Source: Camelus ferus
Taxonomy: Eukaryota
Assembly: GCF_009834535.1 (NCBI RefSeq)
Contig: NC_045710.1
Span: forward strand, 18,786,001 to 18,850,000
DNA: 64,000 nucleotides
Direction of reading: 5' to 3'
This document shows positions 11,121 to 24,500 of the stretch, piece by piece. Below the pieces are notes generated by a model. The model did no database searches. It was given only the letters and a program-made list of their open reading frames with translations, and had not been told where the DNA came from. Made by a program: the position numbers and the translations under genes. The first letter of the stretch is position 1. Each line of letters opens with the position of its first letter.

Positions 11121-11959
11121 TGCATATGTTGGGTGTCCCCCAAAACAAATCCTGCTGGGGTAGAGAAGAAGTCCTGTAGGAGAAAAAGAGAGAGGACTGG
11201 TGCTCACATCTGAGACCAGGCTGCCTTGGAGAGCAGGAGTCCAGGACAACTGTGGAGCTGGAGCAGAGGCTTCCCAGAGCCTTGTGATTATGACTTTGTC
11301 ACTGCTCTAAAATTTCGCTGGAGACCCAATTCCCCTGGTGCCCAAAATAGGTCCCTTGGCATTCAGGTCCTTTCTGCCCAGCTCAGCTTCTCTAGATTTC
11401 CTAACAAATTTCATGTCCTTGGAGTGGCTCCAGTGACGTGTTCATGGACCAGAGTCCCACACTTCCTCAGGGGCACGCTCATGGGGTCCTTCCAGGCCCT
11501 GGCACACCTGCCGGCTCTAGCCTCCTGGGCTTCATTTCCTAGGGGGACAGAAGGAAGGTCTGAGCAAGAACAAATATGGACCGGAAGTGTTGGACCAGAG
11601 CCTCTCTCTGTCATCTCTGGTGCCCTTGTTCTGAATCATAGGGTTCAGAAGAAGAGGGCCAAGATTACTGGCTAAGCCTCAGAGTCAGAAACTCTCACTG
11701 ACTGTAGTTCTGGCAAGATCCTTCCTCCCACCCCAACCCATGTATGGTACCTCATTCAGGCTGATTCAGATTGTGCGTCACCACCCTGGACAAAGGTCCC
11801 AGGCCCACAGGAGCCCTCTGAGTGAGAGCACCTTTGCTGTTCTGACTTCCACCACAAGCAGTGAAGCTCACCCCTGCTCTTGCTCAAGGGAGTCACCCGT
11901 TCCTGAGTGAGTCAGGGTCACTCACTCAGTGACAACTGTGGCTCGCCTTACATGAGCTA

Positions 11960-12376
11960 AATTGGGAATTGGAATGTCCCACAGATGCCCCTTGTTCCCC
12001 ACCCCCACGTTAAAATTAATCTCCTCTCTGGGGAGTGCGAGACAAACAGTGCTGCCCAGAGAGTGACCAAGAGACGTTTGGGAAACAGAAGGAGAAATTT
12101 CCAGGGACCAAGCCATTCAGGGAGGGAAGGATAGGAAAAGCTCCATGTGCCTGGCCAGGGTGCAGGACAAAGAGTAACGAGAGACAGAGAAGTGTCTGAA
12201 AACAGCCATCTAAGGACGAGGCGAATTGTTAGAGGAAGGGACAGGAGAGATAGCAGAGCTATTTCAGGAGTGAGCAACAGAAGGGAACACAAGAACCCCC
12301 AGACTGTCCGAAGTAAACGAGGAAGGGTCCAGGGGCAGTGAGAGAAGGCCAGGACCAGGGCCAAGGCCAGGGTAGG
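11960..12376 (+). promoter_or_regulatory. TRIM54 proximal promoter/5' UTR with muscle-type motifs
   Basis: TEAD/M-CAT GGAATG at 11971-11976; MEF2 consensus TTAAAATTAA at 12010-12019; one-mismatch CArG CCATCTAAGG at 12206-12215; immediately upstream of exon 1. Confidence 0.5.
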
Positions 12377-12508
12377 NNNNNNNNNNNNNNNNNNNNNNNN
12401 NNNNNNNNNNNNNNNNNNNNNNNNNNNNNNNNNNNNNNNNNNNNNNNNNNNNNNNNNNNNNNNNNNNNNNNNNNNNNNNNNNNNNNNNNNNNNNNNNNNN
12501 NNNNNNNN
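12377..12508. other. Assembly gap (132 N) hiding the TRIM54 start codon and most of the RING exon
   Basis: Run of N directly upstream of the visible exon 1 remnant. Confidence 1.
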
Positions 12509-15500
12509 CCTACCCTGCCAGCACAACCTGTGCCGCAAGTGTGCCAATGACGTCTTCCAGGTAGGCCGGGGCCAGGAGATGTAGTGCAGACTTGTGGGAG
12601 GCTTCTCATCAGGTGGGCGCTGAGCCCCCAGCAGGTGATGGGTGGAGCGCTCTACGACGTGGGTGGTGCTGTCCTGTCTGAAGGGCAGACGAGCTGGGGG
12701 TCCTAGCAGACTCCAAAGTAAGCATGAGTCAGCAGCTGCTCTGCAGGCTGGCGAGTACAGCCTGTGCATGGATAGCAGCCGGAATGCTGGCATCTACAGA
12801 GGACAGAAGACCCCCATAGACACCAGGAAGGAAGTAATCCTACCCCAGGCTGTGTGACAGTCCGTGCTAGACCCTGCATTCCAGTTTGGAGTTTAAGATT
12901 TCGAGAATGATATGGAAAGTCTGGGGAAAATAGCAATGAGATAATGAAACATTAAAAAATAAACTCTGTTGGGAAAGGTCCATAATGACAGTGAAACTAT
13001 TCATATTTAAAGCAAGGCTGGAATGCATCCTTCTTTAGGGGGCAGAGTTAGATAGTGGGCAGGAGACTGGGAATTCTCCCCCAACTGAAGTTCACACTTG
13101 CACCCCACTCCAGATTGTTCAGTAAAGGAAGCTTGCTGGTTAAAGGGACTGAGGTCACTTAATCAGGGAGAAGGCAGAGAAGAAATTTTGCTTCCCAGAA
13201 ATGTAACCAGTTTTGGGTTTTGTGTGGTTGTGGGGCAAACAAAGCATAGCTCATCAAATTCACAGATATCATTTTAGCTACTGGTTTCAAAAATGAAAGC
13301 AGCACATACCAGAAGGGTTTCTGTAAATGGGCTTTCTTTCTTGCCCTATGCCATTGGTGTAGGTTCTAGTAATCTATAAAATGGAACAAAGATCAGGTCA
13401 AGTGAGGGGTAACAGCACACACGCATGCGCGCACGCACACATGCACACACAAAGTCCTTCCAAATGAAGTAAAAACTTAGAATAGAACAGAGCTGGCTGC
13501 CTTGGTAGGCATGGCAGCGATAAGGAACATCATGAACACATACTCTTCATCTGTATCAGAAATTATGAGATGTGTTGAACCCAGTGATTTTTAGACTAAG
13601 AAAATGCTTCCTTTTTAAGTTCTTTGGAGACAGCACATTTGGGGGAAAATACTGGGCTGGCTAATTCAGGCCATCCCACAGCTGTGCCCCGCATCCCACC
13701 CTCTGTCTGCTGTCTCCCGTCTTCACTGAGCGCTGAGCCCCATGGTCTTTCCTGCCATCTTCCCAACGAGGCCCATTCCCATCTCCTTTTCCTCAGAATG
13801 TCCAAACCTGCCATTTTTGGCTCCAGAGACCCTCAGAGCCAGTGATTTTTCCTCTCTGGGGGTCTGGACTGATGGCCATGTCTGCTCATCCTGGGCGTCA
13901 GGTCATGTATAAGAAGCTACACCTTGCCCACCATCTTGGTGTTTCCCTTGGTCTGAGTAACCCTGAACTTTTTCTTTCAGGCTGAGATGCCTAGGAGGGA
14001 ATGACAAAAAGATTTTGCCATCCCTTCTTATGAATTTGTAGTGAAACATCCTTTCATTAGAGCTGGAAGTATGTGAAAGGAAAGAGAAGTCTTGAAAGTG
14101 AAGGTATCATGTTCTATTTTTCAAAAAGGGACAGCCAGAATATTAAAGTGCACAACACACAGTATCACTGGGCAGAGGGACCCAGGGATGGGTCCTATAT
14201 ATGGAGACTGGAGGATGTTTAAGTGACCTCCCTTGTTCAAGTCAGTCCTCTGTATCCAGGCACATTGCTTTGGTTCCTTGAAGCTCTAGAATACTGACCC
14301 TGGGCCCAGAGAGACCTGGGAATTGTTTGGGTCAAACCCTGTGCAGAATATTGGGGAGATAATATGATTCCCAGGGCTTGGAGACGGTTCTGTGGATCTG
14401 TACTGATGTGTATCTTTTAAAGTGCATGGTACCCCTGGACCTTCCAAAGAGAGAGGAGTGAACAGCTCATTTCCTTGCTGCTTTATTTGGGACGGCCTGG
14501 TGGGAGGCTGACCCAGTTCTTCAGCTGCACTTATGTATATATACATCTCAGTAGATCTCCCTCTGAAAGGAGCAGATTTAGTTTTTTCACACATTGCCTC
14601 CACATTTTGACAACTCTAGGCATAATCAGATTGTCTGTTTTCTAAGTATGGGGACAAGAATAGGATTTGCAGTTTCTCTATCTTAAAACTACTTAGGAAG
14701 AACACCCTTAGAACATTGCCTAGAAAGTTCACAGGACTTAGAAAAGTGATACCAGTATAACACACACTCACACACACGTATTTAAACTAGACTCACCCTA
14801 TACCTGCCTTTGTTCACTCTCTGTGCTGTTGTTCCATACCCACACATTCAGACCCACATCTTCCTTTTTAATGGCTGCACAGTGTCCCATTATTATGATT
14901 GGGCCACAGTCTATTTAATCAGTCCTGTGAAAGATTTGGATGGTGTCCAGTGTCTTGCTGTCCTGAAACCCGCTATGAGGAACAACAAACAAGAATTTGA
15001 GGGAATTTTGGTTTTAAGACATCAGGTTAACTAGGGAGCCAGGAAGCAAATTGTGAAAAGTTAAAATATTTCATTGAAAATGTTGAACAGCACTGGGGGT
15101 TTGGGAGGAAATCATCCATACTCAGACCTCCCCCAACACAATTATTTTCATGTTTGCAGATTACTTTCAAGCCCTTGTCACCACATATATTTTTACATAG
15201 TTGCCATCACAATTTAACTAGCTCTCTTTAGAGCTGTAATACACTGCGCTCTCTCTCCCTCTGAATTTAAACAGAACAAAACACCAAAACACCACGTTAA
15301 CCCCCTCTCATTTCTCTCTTTCGCACACTTGCACCCACTCAGCTACCAGGCATTTTGACTAGAGGAAAGCTGTCAGTGTGGGAATTTGACACAAACATCT
15401 TCCCATGTGTTTCCGAATCTATAAACTCTGTTCACTCCTAAACTCCTTTAAAACAGCCTTCGGTTTATTTTTAAACCTGCCCCCGCTTCCCTGTGGGCAC

Positions 15501-18500
15501 TTGTTTTGAGCTGCAACCTGTTGTAACCGAACAGGCAAGCAGAAGGCCTTGTAAGGATGTTGTTCAGAAGCAGCTCTTCTGGAGGGTGTCCATTGAGGGA
15601 GAGGTGTGCAGAGATGGAAGTAGCAAGAAAGGGGCATCCTCCTCTAATAAAGGGCAGTCTGGGAAAGAGATGGCCCTTTTCACTTCATCCCAAATTCCAG
15701 TTCTTTCTGGGCTAACTGGTAGGATCTGCTGTCGTCACGTACAGGCCAGCCAGTGAAACCCTACACAGCCCGCCTCCCCGGCCGCTTCCGCCTGCTTCCA
15801 AAGGCACCGGGACGTCCCCTTCCCAACCCAGCCTTGAGCAGGTCTCCTCCTAGGAGAAATTGGGCTGTTAAAATTTTGTGACTTGTGTTAACCTTGTAGC
15901 AGGGTTAGAGATCTTCCTTACTTTAGGGAAAAAGCTGGGTTTAGTGGGAAACAAGATCGTAGAGGGAGGCTCGGCCTTCCTGGGCTCTAGTCCCACCAGT
16001 TTCTTCTTTAATTTGCCATGTGATCTAAACCGGGCAGTTTTCACCTCTTCAAGCCTGTTGTTGACACACATACCGGTGAAAAGGATGTTTTAAATTGCTC
16101 TTTAACGTCCTTGTAATTCTAACAATCTGATTTCACAAATTCGAGAAATATCATTATGGATTGCCATTGTTGAAGGGCTTTGCATTCTGTCTCTAGTTCG
16201 ACCTTTAGCTCATGCTTCTGCTCACCAGTCCTCTCAGCCAGCCTCCTTGCACAAACCCCTATGTCACGCTCAGTGCCTGGCCTGTCAGGCAGAGCTAGCC
16301 CTCTGCCCAAAGTCCCTCTCCCACCCACAGCTCAGCTTTTGCCGCACCTAGATTCTTCTAAGGCTTTTACACTTTTCTCCAAATGTCTGGTCTTCCATCA
16401 CCATCTCCCCACAGTTTCCCCAGTATATGCTGAGGATCTGGCTCAGAGGACCTGCATGGCCACTATTCATCCTTGGCCAGGCCATCAGTTGTCGGGAGAT
16501 AGCCTCCAGAAACTTGCCCTTGCATCCTGGGCCAGTATCGCAAATCTGCATCACTGTGGGTAGCCAGGAAAGAGGGAGAACATTCTGAGATAAGTACAGA
16601 TTTGATAGAGGAACTGCATTCACAGAGCATCTTTCTAGATGGAACATTTCTACTGGATGCTATGGACCATTATGAAGGAAATAGCACCATATAGCCTAAA
16701 AGGGAGACAGCTCATGGCATGTGTGCCAAAGAAAAGTCCTGAACGTGGCCTAGAATTAAATTCCATGTGTTTATTCCATTCCATTTTATCCTTCACAGTT
16801 AAGAAAGAACAGTTATTTATGTTCTGCAGCTCTGTGTGGTCATGTATTTGTAAGGTCTAGATTAGGGTTGTTAATAACCCCCTGCACAGTGCTTTATAAT
16901 TTACAGAGTACCTCCTCGTGCATGATTCCATTTGAGTTAGAATCGATGTCATTTCCATTTTGCAGGGGAGAACACAGGAAACAGTTTACAGTCACCCAGA
17001 GGGACAGAGCAGGGACATAAGTCTAGGTGTTCTGTTTTTTGAGTGATGGGATTTTCTCCACACATCACATTACTGACCCATGAAATTTTACTTTATGGGG
17101 CTGGCTCCCTTGTGTAACTGCAAGATTTAAGGAAAGAACACAGACACTTATGTGTACAATAGAGCCAATCAGTTACTGCTTAGTCTTGAAATAGAAAGAT
17201 AAACAGTAGCAGAAGATAGGTTTTGCTAACCGGATATTGTCAGCTGAGAAATCTTCAGCCCAAGGTCGGGACTCTCAGCTATGGAGATGTATTAAGGAAG
17301 TTGCCGTCTGCACCAGAGAGTATAAAATCCCTGTTTGTGATGAGACCATGTAGGGACTCACCATCAGGGCAGGAAGTAATCTCTTTTTGTGCCATAGACC
17401 TCCTTGTCAGTTTGTAAAGCCTATGGATCCTTTCTAGGGACAATGTGTGTGTGGTTTTTTTTTAAGTATAGTGTTTTTAAATGCATAAAACATAATACAT
17501 ATGACTATAAAGAAAGCCGACTGCATTAGAACACAGTGTGCGTTCTTATGCGTTCTCAGTGGGGCTGATATTACCTCGAGTATATCAGTGGTATTTAAAA
17601 TTTTTATTGTGATTTTACTTTTTAATTTTTATTTATGTTTCGTGTTCATGTAAAAAATGTCCCCCAGCTTTATTGAGGTATAATTGACAATTATATATAT
17701 TTAAGTTATACAATATGATGATTTGATGTATGAGTACACTGTACAATGATTACCACACATCAAGCTGGTTAAGACATCCATCACCTCACATAGTTTCTCG
17801 TGTGTGGGGGTGGGGTGGGGTCTACAGCTCTCTTAGCAAGTGCCAAATATATACAACATAGTATTATTAACTATAGTCATCATGCTATATATCAGGTCCC
17901 CAGAACTTACTGATTACATAACTGAAAGTTTGTGTCCTGTAACCAACATCTCCCAGCCCCTGGCAACCACCTTTCTACTCTCTGCTTCTGTGAGTTTGAC
18001 ATTTTTAGATTTGTGGTATTAAAATTTATTTGGGGGGGGGGTTAGCCATATAGGGCAAAAAGTGTCTAAAACACTCTTAGAAGGTGCAGGAGTGAAAAAA
18101 AGCTTGAGAAACACTGGAATATAATTACCAAAATAATTAGAACATGTTTGATAGGGTAATATATGTGTTTCTCGATGAACACGTTAAATAATGAGATGAA
18201 ACAGTGGGCCTGATTACTATAATTTAGAAGTAGTGATAAGTGTAAATTGTTTTTGGAGATTTGATCAACAACTGTAATGTGATATGAAAATGGCTGTGAT
18301 TTCTGTTGGTGACAAAGTCACAGGTACTACTAAACCTATGTGGTTTGTTGCCTACCTTCATACTTGGGGAAAGCACTCAATTTCTGCTAGATGTTAGTGA
18401 AAATGAAGATGTAATTTCTTCCCCATCCAGATTCACAGAACCCTCTGAACTCTAGTCACAGGTCTTTTGGGGGCTGCGGTCCCCAAGTTAAGTTCTCCTG

Positions 18501-21500
18501 TATGACCAGCATCTTCCCAAGCATCCAGGCTTGAAATGCCAAAATTGCCTTTGGCTCCCTCCTCTCCCCACAGCCCAGCCACATCCAAGTGATAGGGCAT
18601 ATTCCACCTCTGGCACCCCTAGTCTTTGCAGGATTGCTGCCACTGCCTGATTGTAGGCCTGTGACTTGCACTGACTGTGGCCCTTGCTTCTGATCTATGC
18701 CTTTAGCCTATCTTTCCCCTCTCATGTATCCAGATCACTTCTGTTAGATTAATATTCACTCCAATTTTCTCTTTTTCCTCTCGCAGTTTAGAAACCTTGC
18801 CTACAAAATTGTTTCGATCTTTACCCTTGGATTCAAAGCCCTCCATGATTTTACCACAAATGAAAAAAAAAAGCCCTTCATGGTAAAAACCCACCTTTCT
18901 AGCTTCCCCTCATGACTCCTCTGACTGTAACCTAAACTCCTGTAGTCCCTGTGGCCTCATGCTGTCTATTCTGTCTTCAAATGGTAACTTCTTAAACATC
19001 TTCCCCCTTGAACCAGCATAGTTCTTTACAGGCCTCCTAAGTACTGTTTTCTCTCGTTAACGCTTCTGGCACTCTAGCGCCCCCTTTTCATTCATGGCAG
19101 GACTGAGCATTGCATTTTCAGAAAGTAAAGTTTTTTTCCCCCTCAAACCCCAAAGTCCTTTTACAAAGTTTGGAAACTATATTAAAACAAAAAAAAAAAA
19201 GGAGAAGATCACCCACAATTCTATCACCCAATGGAAATTATTACAAAAATATTTAATTTTTATTTTATGCACTTTATAAAGTAATTCATGGGCTATACAG
19301 AGAAATTTGGGAAATGTAGATGACTAAAAGAAGAAAATCTTAAACCCTGTAAACTCCATCACCCATTGAAAATTGGGGATACCACTGTCTCTATAAACAT
19401 ATGTCCTGTTTTTTTCACAAATCTCTCCCCATGTTAAGAACTGTTAAGATAGTTGCATAATAATTCAACTGTAATAACTCATTTAATCTTTATGATTAAA
19501 TGACTAGCACGTTAACTATCTGAAAAAACAATTTTATTGTTTATTCTGATTGCAAAAATAATACAGGTATATTATGTAAAATTTAAACCTCACAGATAAC
19601 ACAAATTGTAGAATGTATAAATCTACATTTAAGCCATCTAGAACCATCTAAAAGTACTAAAGCTATTTCAGAGGAGATGGGATTTCAGAAACTGCTGACA
19701 TCAGTCAGGAAGAGGGCGCTCCAGGGACAGATCGGGGGAGGCACAAACTTGTGAGATACTGGACCACAGAAGTCAGAAAGTTAGAGAGAGGGAGATGGTG
19801 GCCTGCATGGTATGAGAGGAGAAGTTGGTCATAAAAGCCACCAACTCCCTTTCCCCCATCCCACAGGCAAATACACATTGGTCCGTATTCTTATCATAAA
19901 TATATCAATTAAGGCTCATTGCACACAGAACGTCAGCCTGAGTGCTAAGTACAAAGCCTCTTTTTAGATCTGAGGGAATCTGAGCCCTGAGAGAATTATT
20001 TTCCCAAGGTCATAAATGGCAAATCCCAAAAGAGACCTTCAAACCAGTGGTACTTTCCCTATATCATGCTGCCTTGAATGCCTTCTGTTAAGGGACGTTA
20101 TCAAGAAGGGATAACAATTTTATCCACCGGTACAGATGATTTTTTCATGATAGCCGTCCAGCAAAAGGTTTGGGACACAAGACACACATGTTTTGATACG
20201 GGAAGGGAGTCAGGAAAGACTTGGAGCAAACTTCCCAAACTTCATTCTCATTTCCCCTTCCTGATTTTTGCCATAGCTATGTACCACCTGTACTATCATT
20301 GAATATTTTCATCTAAAAGAACTCACTTTTAGAGCTTAAATATTACCATTCTACATGACAAAATCCATGAAAAAATCATTTTATAGGCTGCTTTTTTTTC
20401 TAATATACATTAAAATAAACACATAAAAAGTTTAAATGTCCATCCTTATACCACTGAAAGTCTTCATGCTTGTCATCAGTATGTGTACCGTATTTTGGGA
20501 AATGGTGAGCACATGGGCAGCACAGTGAGGCCTCTAAGCAACATGAGTGTTGTACCATGAGTTAGAGGGCCCAGAAGATCCAAAGGGTAAACTTAACTAT
20601 TTTATTACTATCCAAATGTAACCCTAGTAACAAAGGTCATATATATTACATATACGTACATATGTGTATATAACACACACCCGTGTGTATATATACATAC
20701 ATACATGCCTGGGACTAGCAAAGGAAGTGGCATGTGGAGTTGGATGGGAGAAACATCAGTGAAGCAAACACAGAAAGGAAAGTGTATCCCAGAGGTTAGG
20801 AGGAAAGCCAGCCAGAGATAGAATATGACAGGAGGAGTTGAGCTTGGAAGAGGGAGGGGACTCTAGGACCCAAGGATGAATGACAAAGCTGTGCTCAGCC
20901 ATGACAGCTGCTCCAGGGAGCAGCACCAGCCCTTGACCGAAGTGTGAAGAAGGCAGAGGTACAACCCTCTGCTCCCGGCCCTTACCACCTGATGTATAGC
21001 ATAAGGATTGAGAGAATTTCAGGGAACCCAACTGTAGGAAATACACCTAAATGTACAAAGTCACAGGTGACTATGCTCTCCATTACTCTCCAGGAGTGAA
21101 TAGTCTTCCATCCACTTAGTATTAGGTTCAGCTGTAAGTGGCAAAAAAACAAAAATAATAATGGCTTCAAGAAGGTAAAACTTTGTTTTTTCTCACAAGT
21201 TAAAGTGTGGATAGGCAGTCCTGGACAACCTCATCAGAGACTCACTCTTTTTATCTCATTGCCATTCTCAACATGTGGCTACCTCATGGTTCAAGATGGC
21301 TGCTTCAGCCTAAGCCATTCCATCTTCATTCTAGACAGCAGGAAGGAGAAAAGAGGAGAAATAGGGCATGCCCATCCCAAGATACTTCCTAGAAATTGCA
21401 CAGCACATTTCTATGTATATCCCACTGGCCAGAACGCAGTCATTTGGTCACACCCACTGGGAAGGGAGGCTTGGACACATGGTCTTTATTCCCTGTGTCT

Positions 21501-24500
21501 TGCTAAAACTTCAGGGGCTCTATTGTTGAAGAAGGAAAAGGAGAAGGGGGGAATGTCAAGAAACAACAAGCTGTCTCCACTGGTCTTTCATCTCTGTGGC
21601 TCTCCCCAAATTGACCCTTTCTCTTCCTGCTGACCAGCCTTCTCTGTTCACAGTGTCTGACCCCTCACACTTTCTACTTCTGCTTACACAGACTGGCCAC
21701 AATGTCAGCTCTTGTCCCAACTCCACAAAGCATATTTCAGTTCTAAAGCCACACATGATCAGACTCAGCCTCTGGGTCTTGATTCCAAGTTCTCAGAGGG
21801 AAAATTTGATTGGTCCTGTTGGATCAGGTGATCACCTCCTCAATTCTGAACCAGCCGTCTGTGGCTTGGGTCACAGTAGGGCTTTCCTTTATAGGTTGGG
21901 GTGGAACAAGTTCTCTATGAGGTGTAAGTGGGAGGAAAGGTGAGCATCTCTGCTAAGTCTTCCTTCTGAGCTTCCTCCTGTTACAACACCCAGCCCACTG
22001 GATGTGGTTGTCAGTTTGCTCTTCCTTAGGGCAGGGAGGTACTTATTCTTATCTTATCCCCGGAGCCTACCAATTACCGCACGCACTCAATATTTGTGGT
22101 GGAATGAATAATCCAATCTGGTCCTTAATTTTACAGAGGTTGAATACTTGCCCAAATTCACATAATAGCGCAGCATCAGGGCAGCACAAGAACCCAAGAC
22201 TCCTGATTCCCAGTCCCTGGAGTGATTTCCCTGAATTAATCAGCTTGATGTGCCTGCCCCATTATTCAGCACTTGTCTCTGTGCCTCTGTCTAGGGCTGC
22301 AGAGAATCTCCCCAAGACATGGCGCAGGAGAGCCCCAGGCTGGAGGACATTGGCTGCACCACTGAGTCCATTTCCTACCTCAGCCTTCCTGCTGAGGTCA
22401 ATGTCTCCCCAGAGCTCCAAGCTGGGCCCCTTTGAGGAGATTGTGCCCTTACTAGGCCTTGATCAAAGCTAGGCTCTAAATGCACATCAGAGACACTTAA
22501 GGAGGTGGGCCGAATAATGAGGCAAAGCTGAGAAATGTCTCCATGGCCACTCACCCTGAGTTGCTCTCAGAGGAGCACCCAGCCACAGAAAAGAGATGAT
22601 GCCTCCCTTCCACCCCTCTCCTGTTCCACAGCTCCCTTGACCTTCCCCCTATGTCGTCCCATTTCCCCCATGACTCACTGTGCCTGTTCTCTCACTCTCT
22701 GTGTCCCACAGGCCTCGAACCCCCTGTGGCAATCCCGGGGCTCCACCACCGTGTCTTCGGGAGGTCGTTTCCGCTGCCCATCTTGCAGGCATGAGGTCGT
22801 CCTGGACCGACACGGCGTCTACGGCCTGCAGCGAAACCTGCTAGTGGAAAACATTATCGACATTTACAAGCAGGAGTCTTCCCGGTGAGCTGTTAGGGCC
22901 TCTTGTCTCTCTAAAGTGCAGGGCCTGGGACACAGCCAGGGAGCCCATCAGGGCCAGAAGGGAGGGGCTGAAATGACCAACCTGACTCTTCAGATTAGTG
23001 ATGAGAGGACTGGACCCTGAAAGGAGGAGGGACTTGCCCCCAGCTTGGAACTCACCCAACTTAGGTGGCCTCTGATTCCTGGTCAGTGCTTCACCCTCTC
23101 CACATGGGGAGGGGCTGGCAGTCCACCAGCAAGGTCCTTGCCAACCCTCCATGACCTCCTGCCCTGTGGGCCTTCTCTGCCCCCTGGAATAGAAACTGCT
23201 CTTGGATCTAGGCCTTCTCTACCCCATAGCTCTATTCCTCAAATGAAGAGGACTGTGGAAGTTGCTCTCCTGTCCAGCCACAGCACCAGCTGCGGAGGCA
23301 AAGAAGGTGGTGGTGGTTGGTGGAGGCTGAAGAGAAGGCATTCATGGGGCCTCATACTCTTGCCCCCACCAGCCTGGCCCCTGACCCTTCTGCCACCTTG
23401 CCTGCCCCCTTCCAGGCCACTGCACTCCAAGGCTGAGCAGCACCTCATGTGCGAGGAGCATGAAGACGAGAAGATCAATATCTACTGCCTGAACTGTGAA
23501 GTCCCCACCTGCTCACTCTGCAAGGTCTTTGGTGCCCACAAGGACTGTGAGGTGGCCCCACTGCCCACCATTTACAAACGCCAGAAGGTATCAAGAAGCA
23601 AAGCTAGTAGGCATGTGGGTGTGGGGACATAGGACAGGGTCTCAAACTGCAGCCTCTTACTCCACTTGGTTTTAAAGGCAGGCAGATCAGGGCTGAAGTT
23701 CCAGCTCTATGCATGACTCAGTGTGCCCTTGGGTGAGTCATTTGACCTCTCTGGCCCTCACTTTCCTCACTTGTAAAATGGGGATGAAAATGCTTCCTTC
23801 TGAGAATTGTAAGGATAAAATGAGGAATGGATCCAAGCAGAGACTTAAGTGTGGTGGACTAGGTACTATCAAGGCCATCTCACTGTCACAAGACTAAGTT
23901 CTACATAAAACATAATTTAAAAATTGGTACACACATAGGAGTAAAGGAAATCTCCAAGTAGGGGAGGGGTGGGAAGAAGAGGAGGGGGAGTTAGCTGAGA
24001 ACAGAACCCTGAGTGATAAGCACAGAAAAGGCAGGATTTTCCTGAAGGCAAATTATTACTGAACTTGAGAGATGAGACTGTGCCTCCAAAATCCTAAAAG
24101 TTGGACCTGCAATGAAGACCCACCCAAGGATCCCAGGTTAAACTAGAATCCCAGGAATCCCTAAAGTGGTCAGTTGTGCCACGTGGCTTTTGACAAAAGC
24201 AAATATAAATTCTGCCTGGAGGGAAAAACTTTCCATTTAGGCCTTGGGTTTTCCTTGGATTGAGAACAATGAAAGATTAGTCCATGACTGAAGATACACA
24301 AAGAAATATACTCATGAGTGAAGTCAGCAGAAACAAAAAGTATAGATTTAGACACCCAAAGATTTCAGATATTAGAATTATTAAAGAATTGAAAGTCACT
24401 GTGTATAAAATGCTTTAAAAATGGAATTTAAAAATGAGCATTAATAGACTATATCAAAAATGCAGATTTAATAAAGAACCAAATAGAACTTTTAGAAATG

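Noticed and set aside
14194-14204. CArG-like CCTATATATGG
   Set aside because: Seven A/T bases between CC and GG; SRF requires six.
15868-16328. - strand ORFs with coiled-coil-like text ([20 protein letters not shown])
   Set aside because: Short, not joined by convincing splice sites, and no recognisable homology.
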